The notes below the pieces were generated by a model that saw only the letters and a list, made by a program, of their open reading frames with translations, searched no databases and was not told the DNA's origin. Source: Eledone cirrhosa (taxonomy: Eukaryota). From it: a stretch of 64,000 nt of DNA. The stretch covers positions 19,406,001 to 19,470,000 of the forward strand of contig OZ024753.1 in NCBI GenBank assembly GCA_964016885.1. The letters are read 5' to 3'. A program made the translations under genes and the position numbers. Below are positions 54,123 to 64,000 of this stretch, in pieces (position 1 is the first letter of the stretch; every line of letters starts with the position of its first letter).

Positions 54123-54521
54123 AGAGTCAAGATAAATTAATAAAGTAATGAATAAACAAAGAAACAGTTCCTTATTATAAAAAAATTCATCATTTTACGA
54201 TCGTTTCTAGGATATATATGTGTTAGTGTTGGTATGCATATTCTATAGATCTATGTAAAATATTTATACAAACTATCAGAGGGAATATACATACCTACAC
54301 ATATATATGCTGTCTTCAGAAATAATGATATTTGTTTATTGAAAAAAACAAAGATTTAATACAATAGGTCTGTTTGGGAACAGGTTTTGAATTGACCAAT
54401 AGAAGGATGGTGAAGGTCAAGATAGTAATCTAGTAGTAAAAGAACCTTAATTTATGGGTAGAGGTAGGTAGATTTCAGTTTTGGATGGAAAAGAATATTA
54501 TGAATGAAAAATTATTTTAGT

Positions 54522-54685
54522 TGAACGTCCGAAAGTATATAATTTCCTTATGCATATTAACGGCTGAGTAGCCCAATTTGCATATCGAGTGGGTTAATCG
54601 GCCGGGTGCACCGAAATCGATAAACGGAAAAAATGAAACGAAATTTCATTTCCTACTCTTAGTACGGCTGTTACTTAAATATAAG
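54522..54685 (-). repeat. Dispersed repeat homologous to 4566-4728
   Basis: Reverse complement shares GATATGCAAATT.GGCT.CTCAGCCGTTAATATGCATAAG and AATGAAATTTCGTTTCATT. Confidence 0.75.
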
Positions 54686-54780
54686 TATGTACACGTACAC
54701 ACATATATGTATACATACGTACAGTGAATGTATGTGTATGTATATGTGTTTATATGTATACGTATGTATGTATATGTGTG

Positions 54781-54827
<47 letters not shown>

Positions 54828-55555
54828 GCGTACGTACGTGTGATTAGATATACATGTGGCGATATATATATATATATATATATATATACGTGCCTCGTGT
54901 GTATGTATGTACGCATGCATGCGCTTTTGTCTGTATGTATTTGTGTGTATAAATATTTATATATATATATATATATGTGTGTGTAAGTGCGTACCTATGT
55001 TTGTTTTCTTTTTTCTAGTGTTAATTGATTACTTTCTCTTTGATTTAAAAAATTTGTTCATTCTAATATATTGTTTCATTTTTATACATATATCGAGAAT
55101 GACACTTCTTTTTATTATTACACTCTCTTCCCTCTTTATCTTCCGCATATAAGTGACCGCGCGTGTGTGTGTGTTTATACGCGTGCTTTCATACTCGTAT
55201 GTGTATTTAATATATGTATCTAGATGCGTGTTAACTATATTATCTTACAATTTCTTTTTCAACTCATATTATATACGTATTTGTGGTCACATATATACAA
55301 ATATACTTGCCCTCATATATGTACTTACGCACACATTTTCACCATACACATGCATTTGTACATACACACTTATGTACATTTGTGAGTGTATATACATACA
55401 TATAAACATACCCTAACTATATTTCCTTATTTTTTTATATATCTCTTGCATTACATTTATTTATATATTTTTGCCTGTTAAACTCTTGCCTTTCTTGATG
55501 AGACTTTTCAAATATTTCACTATGTTTTAAATTGCCTTTTCGATTTCATATTTTT

Positions 55556-55692
<137 letters not shown>

Positions 55693-55798
55693 TGTGTGTC
55701 TCTCTCTCTATATATATATATGTATGTATATATATATGTATATGTATATATATATATGTATATGTATGTATATATATATATGTATGTATATATGTATG

Positions 55799-55833
<35 letters not shown>

Positions 55834-55902
55834 GTATATATATATGTATATATGTATGTATATGTATATATGTATGTATATATGTATGTATATATGTATA
55901 TG

Positions 55903-57405
55903 CATTATGAAAGGTTCTCCAGAAACTCGGTTGCCCTGATAAGTTCCTTGCTTTAGTTAGGTCTTTCCATGACGACATGAAGGCTTGGGTTAATGTCGGG
56001 GGTAACATGTCGGAGCCTATCTCAGTCAAAAATGGAGTGAAAAAGGGGGATATTCCAGCACCGACCCTGTTTGCCATATACTTTGCAATGTTTTTCTGTA
56101 TTGCATTCAAGAATTGCAAGCATGGTGTTTACATCCGATATCGAACCTCAGGCAGCATATTTAACATCAGGCGCTTTGCTGGGAAGACAAAGGTGTTGAC
56201 ATCAATCATAAGAGACCTCTTGTATGCAGATGATTGCGATCTTGCAGCGCACACAGAGAGTGATATACAGCACATTTTGAATACATTTTCTGACGCTTGC
56301 ACTTACCTAGGTCTGACTGTCAGTCTCAAGAAAACCGTCGTCATGTACCAACCTGCCCCTGGTAAGCAGTACACTGAAGCAAACATCTATGTGTATGGCA
56401 AACGACTTGGAGTGGTTGATCAGTTTGTCTACCTGGGAAGCACTGTCAATCGATATAGCAACCTTGACAGTGAAATCTCACTTAGGATTAGGAAAGTAAG
56501 TGATGCTTTCGGAAAGCCAGAAAGGCGACTCTGGGGTCGCCGAGATATATGCAAGAGGACAAAGGTAAAGGTGTACAGGGCATGTGTGCTCTCTTGTCTT
56601 CTTTATGCCTGTGAGGCCTGGGTCACATATCGACACCACCTTAAGCAATTGGAGCGTTTCCATCAGATGTGTCTCAGACGGATCCATGGCGTTCACTGGA
56701 GGGACCACATCAGTGATGTCGAGATTTTGGAAAGCTCTATGTGTGACAGTATAGAAGCTCTTGTGCTTAAGCAACGACTCCGTTGGAGTGGTCACCTTGC
56801 CACGATGAAGGATTCTAGAATACCAAAACAACTCTTTTATGGAGAGTTGGTTAAAGGAAAACGACCGCCACATAAACCAAAAAAGAGGTATAAGGATTCC
56901 TTGTAAGCCTCTCTGAAAGACGCTAACATCTCTGCTGATACATGGGAAAATATTGCTGCTGATCGTAATAAATGGAGAAAGACTGTATATGAGGGAAAAG
57001 TTCCCTTTGAGGCATCTCGAATCGCATACGAGAAAGTAAAGCGGGATGTGAGGAAGGGCATTGCTGTTGCACTTCCAGACGGCGAGGGTCCTCCTATGGT
57101 GCTGACATGCAGCGTCTGTGCGAGACTCTGCCTAAGCAAAGCTGGACTCGAAAGTCATCTTCGCAGTCATAAAGTAAGACCAGTGGTTGACTACCAGGCT
57201 GCTGTTGGAGATGCTACTCATCATGCTTGCCAAACATGTGGTAGAGAATGTAAGTCAGCAGGGGGGCTCAAGCGACATGCAAAAGTACACGAACTCCAAC
57301 CAGAGCCGACTATTCCCAGTGAATGTTTTGGTTGAGGACTCTGTTCAAGACATTTTAGATCATTGGCTGGACTAGAAAGCCACATTAGATCGCAGCGCTG
57401 TTAGT
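55903..57405 (+). mobile_element. 5'-truncated RTE-clade LINE: RT plus three C-terminal C2H2-type zinc fingers (pseudogene)
   Basis: [62 protein letters not shown]; same frame through the stop at 56904; CSVC...H...H and CQTC...H...H, third finger broken by the stop at 57333. Confidence 0.93.
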
Positions 57406-57607
57406 TGCTATCGTGTGTGTGTGTGTGTATAGATATGTTTATGTATGTGCGTGTATGTGTATATATATATATGTATATGTATATTATTATTGTTGTTGTC
57501 GTTATTATTATTGTTGTTGTCGTTATTATTATTGTTGTTATTATTATTATTGTTATTAATGTATATGTGTGTATATATGTGTGTATGTATGTATATGTAT
57601 GTGTACG

Positions 57608-57639
<32 letters not shown>

Positions 57640-57924
57640 TTTCATTTTTTATTTTTATTTTATTTTTTATTTATTTTTTTTTTTTTTTTCTCCTCGTGCA
57701 ATGGCCATACTCGATAACGAGGGGGCAGCCATCATATGTATATATGTATGTATGTATGTATATGTATATATGTATGTATATATATATATATATATATGTA
57801 TGTATATGTATATATATGTATGTATATATATAAATATATATATATGTATGTATATGTATATATATGTATGTATATATATATATATATATGTATATGTGTA
57901 TATGTATGTATATATATATGTATG

Positions 57925-57993
<69 letters not shown>

Positions 57994-58051
57994 ATATATA
58001 TGTATGTATGTATGTATATGTATGTATGTATGTATGTATATATATATGTAT

Positions 58052-58642
58052 GTCAGGTCACCAGTTGGTGCTACCGGTAACATGTATCCCATGGTCGGTT
58101 CGTTGGCGACTAAACTGGCAACCCCACCAACGTTTCTTGGTGAGGAGGGTGACTTTGGACATCCTGCAGGACTAAAAACAAAACTTGTCAAAGGGCAAAG
58201 GAGATCTTAAGAGTCAATGGCCATCCAAAAGCACTGGGAGAGATGACCCCTTAGCGTTTGTCAATGCAGAATTCTAGGAGAAGGAAAACTCTGATATAAC
58301 ACCTGCAACTCTGATGGTATCCAATGATGTTGACTTGTTCTTCTTTTTGGTAAATATCATCTTGGTTAAGAGAGTGGGACTGGCTTTGTGCGGTGCCTTT
58401 GCTCACTATAAAAGCTTCACGGCACAGGCATTGCTTTATATCTGGATATATCTGCACTTGACGTCACATAGTACCATGGGCCTAGCACTATGTGTCAATA
58501 ATTGTCACAGGTGTAGTGTTTGTACCAGAGTTGCCAAGTCGCTGGCTGGACTAAAAAGTCACACTCGTTCAGCGCATCGATAGGGGTTCTCCTACATGGA
58601 TATGAAGTAGTGGCCGTACTCGAAAACGAGTTGGCAGCCTCC
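58052..58642 (+). mobile_element. Internally deleted, bipartite RTE-derived element retaining the last zinc finger
   Basis: 5' UTR-like block shared with 12660-12850, joined to [22 protein letters not shown]-stop and 3' end TGGCCGTACTCGAAAACGAGTTGGCAGCC (also at 8222-8251 minus). Confidence 0.72.
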
Positions 58643-58660
58643 ATATGTGTATGTATGTGT

Positions 58661-58694
<34 letters not shown>

Positions 58695-58863
58695 ATGTAT
58701 GTATGTGTATATATCTCTATATATATATATATGTATGTATGTATATATATATATATATATATTTATGTATGTATGTGTATATATATATGTATGTATATAT
58801 ATATGTATGTATGTATATATATATATGTATGTATGTATATATATATATATATATATATCTATG

Positions 58864-58895
<32 letters not shown>

Positions 58896-58957
58896 AATAT
58901 ATATATATGTATGTATATATATATATATATACGTATATATATATATATATACATATG

Positions 58958-58991
<34 letters not shown>

Positions 58992-58993
<2 letters not shown>

Positions 58994-59198
58994 GGAGTAA
59001 GTAAGACCCCGACGGCTGAGCTCAAGCCGTTTCGACGGCTAATTCTGTACGGAATTAGTCGAGTACAGAATTAGCCGTCGAAACGGCTTGAGCTCAGCCG
59101 TCGGGGTCTTACTTACACCTATTACCCACTCTATTGCCCTAAGTATTGAGTACTTTGGTGCGTTATGGTCCACCTGGTTCCTTACCACTTTTCCCTCG

Positions 59199-59200
<2 letters not shown>
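58992..59200. mobile_element. GAAACGGCTTGAGCTC-family element with perfect 5' inverted duplication, between (TA)n tracts
   Basis: 58992-59050 is the reverse complement of 59063-59121. Confidence 0.82.
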
Positions 59201-59278
<78 letters not shown>

Positions 59279-60650
59279 ATAAATATATATATATATATGT
59301 ATACACACACACACACTAATATATACTAATAATAATAACATTTGAAGACTAAAATCCACAGAGGGCTCGATAAGGATCAATATATATCAAATATATAAGA
59401 ACTCTAGAGCAAATATTTATTAAAAATATATATATATAATTCATATTAAACGAAGCCAAATTTTACATATCTGACTTAATTATTATTCTATATATATATA
59501 TATCCTCTAGCGTACCCTTACTGAATAGAAAGTCTGAGATATTCTCTTCTTGCCCCCATGCAATTTTTAATTCTTACTTTTATTATAAACCCAAATGTTC
59601 TAGTAGTACAAATCGTACCCATTAGCAGATATATTCCATTACTTAGTTTTTTTGTTTGGGTTCTTTTGTTTGCCAGCACTATTGTTATCATTGGTTTTTG
59701 ATGACTCTTCATTCTAGCTCTCATAATCATTTGGCCACTGTACCATATCTAAATCTTCACTATTACACCTTGTTAGTATACATAAGATTACACACGTTGC
59801 TATCTTTATATATTCTTTTATTATCATTAACTTTAATTTTTAATTTTAACATCATTTTTATTTTTATTTTTATTTTTATTTTTATTTTTATTTTTAATTC
59901 TATTTTTAATTCTATTTTTATTTCTAAGTCTATTCTGATTTATCTATCGAACCCGCCCCCCTCCCCCATGAACTGCATAAACTTATTGTCAACCCCTCTA
60001 GATTGAATATGATTATATTAACCCCCCCCTCTTTTATGCTCTGTTCTATTATTTATTATAGTATATCGAATATATTTTATGCCACTTCGCACCCTCCATA
60101 TATTTTGTTAATTTTGTCCCCATTAGCCTACCTTAACTCTACTTAAGTCAGTTTTTTAGATATCGTTACGTATATGATAGTGTAATTTTATTCCTTTTTG
60201 TATACATTTGTAACGATACATTAAAGTTTATATACTTTAATGACTTAGACCATAGCTAATTGTATACTACCTTATTGGATGGGTTTGATATTTTTAATAT
60301 TAATTTATCAGATAGGATTTAGAGTCATTTAAAATGATCGCTTTCCTTGGTGTTTACCAAATTTCTTAATGCACGCGAGGCCTAAGTGTGTATACATTTG
60401 CCTTGTTTTGTAATTTCCGGTTGATTGTATTTATTTGTTTTATCCTATATTCTATTTACTATTCACTGTCTGGCTTCGTTCACTCATCCACACATGTCTG
60501 TCTACTAACCTTGAAACTATAAGTATTTATTTACATATTTTATGCCAATTTTTAAAATATATTACATTATGATATAGATCCTTATTACTTACCGTTTATT
60601 ATATATAACATTGAGATAGTTAAACTTTATATATCATATAAGATGCCTTG

Positions 60651-60762
60651 ATTTTTTAATTTTTTAATTTTTTAATTTTTTAATTTTTTAATTTTTTAAT
60701 TTTTTAATTTTTTAATTTTTTAATTTTTTAATTTTTTTATTTTTTAATATTTTAATATTGTA
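60651..60762. repeat. 8-bp tandem repeat (AATTTTTT)n
   Basis: About 12-13 direct copies. Confidence 0.92.
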
Positions 60763-61272
60763 ATATGTAACATTATAGTATTTAGACTTTACATATCATG
60801 TTGATGTCTGTATATTTTTCTGTAACAACATATTTTTCTGTAACATCATAATTGTTCCCTGTACCAATATAGTTTTTTTGAGTATTATTGTATTATATTA
60901 TATGATTGATATTTCCTCATTTATTATGTAACCCAGTATGAATCATGTTGTACATATTGTTTATGCTAATTGTTAATATAATGTTAACAATTTATCATTG
61001 TATTTCACTGTGACATCTATATTGTTTCTGTAAATTAACCGGGGATTATTATATATTCTACTTTATTATATTGTATTGTATTATATAATTGTGTTGTTTA
61101 TTATTTATTATAAGTGTTTCTTGTAATTATATCATATTATTGCCTCATGTATATTGGGTAGATGTATTAGCATTATTTTCACTATTACCATGCTTATTTT
61201 TGATATTTTTGCTGTGCAAACTTCCAATAGGGCTTAATTTCTGTGTAATAGAAAGTGGATATGTGTATTGTA

Positions 61273-61314
<42 letters not shown>

Positions 61315-61439
61315 ACATATATACATGTATATATTGTACCTTTTGATTTTTAATTTGGAATTTTAATGTTGGTATAGATATATTATTATTATAATGTATT
61401 ATACTGTGTTATATATAACTCCTGCTCTATATAACCAAA

Positions 61440-61828
61440 TTTGTTTAGATTTAAGTTGGTGAATTTGGACTATATTTGTAATATGGTTCTTAATGTTATC
61501 TACATCCTTAGTTATTATAATTTTATTATTTTTATCTTCATTTTTATTATCGTATATCTTTGTAAGACATTAGTGTATGTAAACTCCATATTCTTCAGAG
61601 TTTCTGGCTTGTATCTGCCGAAATTACCTCTTGTTGTTTTGATTGCCCTGATGAGTCCTTAATAGGACGAAACATTGTCGGCTAATAAAAACTTTTGATG
61701 TATTAAAGGATTCTTTGTTTTACTCTCTTAATTTTTCGGCTCTGTTTAACTGCATTGAGCTATACCTTTACTGTCATTTCTATAATACGAAGAGGGTGTT
61801 TGACTCAAACACGCTCCAATATTCTAAT

Positions 61829-61833
<5 letters not shown>
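61440..61833 (+). mobile_element. Hammerhead-bearing non-coding element end (probable PLE 3' UTR/pLTR) terminating in (TA)n(GA)n
   Basis: Homologous to 53102-53478; carries a canonical hammerhead. Confidence 0.75.
61642..61686 (+). ncRNA. Minimal type-I hammerhead ribozyme with canonical core and GUC triplet
   Basis: AUUGCC-CUGAUGA-GUCCU(UAAU)AGGAC-GAAAC-AUU-GUC-GGC(U)AAU; predicted cleavage after 61679. Confidence 0.9.
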
Positions 61834-61915
<82 letters not shown>

Positions 61916-61936
61916 AAGAGAGAGAGAGAGGGGGGC

Positions 61937-62005
<69 letters not shown>

Positions 62006-63874
62006 ATGTGTAATCCATTATGTTATTGAACTTGTAGATAACATCAGTGTCATGGAGTGGAATGACTTGCATGCATGGCCGACATATGGTCTTCGACACA
62101 AAACACCCTGCCCGGGGTCTTGCCTCGTACCAAGTGCAAAAAGTTAGTCAGTCATGAGCAATGGAATGGTATCCACGTCCATTACTGAATAAAATCAATA
62201 GGAATAAATGTTTATTAGAAGTATTCCCTATGATATCTATCACAATCAGGTTTTATAACTTTTGCTATTAACATTGAAAGTACCTTCCAAAGCTATTTCA
62301 ACAACAGTCGGAATGAGGAAAAGCTAAGTTAAACATGTTTAACACAGCGTGGAAAGACGTCACTATACACAATAAGTTACTTAAGCCGACCTCATAATTT
62401 ATGCCTCTGATGATCCAATCCATGACAGGTCTAACACTTTAAGAATGACAAGTAGATATAGATTTGTACCTCTCTCGTATTCTATTCGTTTGAATAAAGA
62501 TGATGTATCTTGTATTTAACAGATGATAAAGTTTCAGATAAAGAAAGATGAGTAATGCATTTGGTTGTCAGAATGGCAGACTTTAATATACTTCCCTTTA
62601 TAGAATAAGAACATCTCCAGCTCCATTGATGTATATAAAATATATTCCAACATGATAATAGCATTAACAATTGCCATTTACAAGAAATGTATATCGTTTT
62701 TGTGACAGTGAAGAGATAGTAGTTGAAGGCCGTCAAGTTGCAATTGTGGCGGCATTTCAAACATATAGAATCCAATTAGAATTCCTTTCTTAATTCGCTT
62801 ACACCTCAGAAGATTTCGAATAAGACACTTCTTATTGCCATTTCTCTTCAACCTTCCAGTCAAACCTTAAGCAGTAACCATTAAATATCGAGTGGGAGAA
62901 GAGGTGATATTAGATATATTTTATAAATGCCTTGTGGTATTCAAATGCGGCTCTTTACGTTCGATTTTAGATTAATTTGACTGTCACTGCTACGAATCCA
63001 ATAATATATCAGAATGTAGTTAAAAAAAAAACTCTGAGGAGAGCTGGACGGCAGAAGATTTTCAGAGAAGAAACCTCCCTTAAGCAGGTTCTTCGGCTCT
63101 ATTATACTTATATTTTTAATTATATCTGCATAGTTGTGATCTATTTATATTTAAATAATTTGCTGTATATATTAACTGATTTTCAAATAAATATATATTA
63201 CTCTGCTATCGTCAACATAGGTTATTGCTAGTAATAAACTTCACCTAAAGTTATCTATACATTTTAGCAGTTTGCTCATCAATCTCCAGGTTTTTCCTTC
63301 GATCCAAATACGTTGCACCTTTAGCATATGACTCTCTTCGTGGTTTTTGTTCACACAAGCGTCATAAGGAACACCGCATGTACTGAGGCCGTTCATAGTA
63401 TCATTAATTCCTGGCCCAGATTCGCACCAACATTCAGTTGTATATATTCAAACTTACTGTTCTAAGGGCAATTCGTGTATTATCAAACATCCTGAAAAAT
63501 CACTTCTCAATGAATAGCATCACACGTCATGCTAAATATTTTAAGGCTTAGTTTGTCTCGGTGGTTAGTTTGATGTTGTTTGTAGAGTAGCTAATACGGT
63601 GTTAGTCGAGTTTAACCTGTTACGTAAGGCGATTGTAGACACTGCAAATAATAGTTTTATTGTCGGGAAATTCACAATATTAGAGTTGCAGTTATATAAC
63701 ATCTGTCGTTCCTATTTGGAGGCTAGCACTGCCCATGGCTGGTTTGCGAAATCTGGATTGAGCGTTGGTTATGAGTGCAGGTCATTGGTTGGTTGAAGGT
63801 GTTTTGTGAATGGTTTCTTACGGGTTAAGGCAATCTGAGAGTTTTGTTGGCAGGGGAAGGAAATCAACGGTCAT

Positions 63875-63915
<41 letters not shown>

Positions 63916-63929
63916 CACACACATGCACG

Positions 63930-63975
<46 letters not shown>

Positions 63976-64000
63976 AAATATGTAATCTGAGTTTTTCGAA

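Noticed and set aside
58053-58135. HDV-like ribozyme at the 5' end of the RTE-derived element
   Set aside because: Plausible for the clade, but P1-P4 could not be assigned from these diverged copies.
62482-62863. Minus-strand ORFs as a host gene
   Set aside because: No recognisable motif or consistent splice signals.

Overview
AT-rich, repeat-dense eukaryotic DNA, probably intronic or intergenic, from an animal. The SINE type, LINE complement and very abundant (TA)n/(CA)n/(GA)n tracts suggest an octopod cephalopod (inference). No host protein-coding gene can be supported, and most listed ORFs are translated microsatellites. Real coding remnants are all mobile elements: a Penelope-like element (PLE) with RT plus GIY-YIG (10040-11990) and several PLE 3' fragments; a nearly full-length R4/Dong-clade RLE LINE (single 1216-codon frame with 4 premature stops) plus a truncated tandem copy; a 5'-truncated RTE LINE with C-terminal C2H2 fingers and its bipartite non-autonomous derivatives; a Helitron fragment; a Tc1/mariner-type MITE; and many tRNA-derived SINEs. 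A 7.5-kb array of a 43-bp satellite with higher-order structure occupies 29.0-36.5 kb. The most striking signal is more than 20 intact or degenerate minimal type-I hammerhead ribozyme motifs from about ten unrelated sequence families, with covarying stems. Many sit on both arms of short head-to-head palindromes that end in (TA)n tracts, consistent with a large population of small PLE-derived, hammerhead-bearing fold-back elements.
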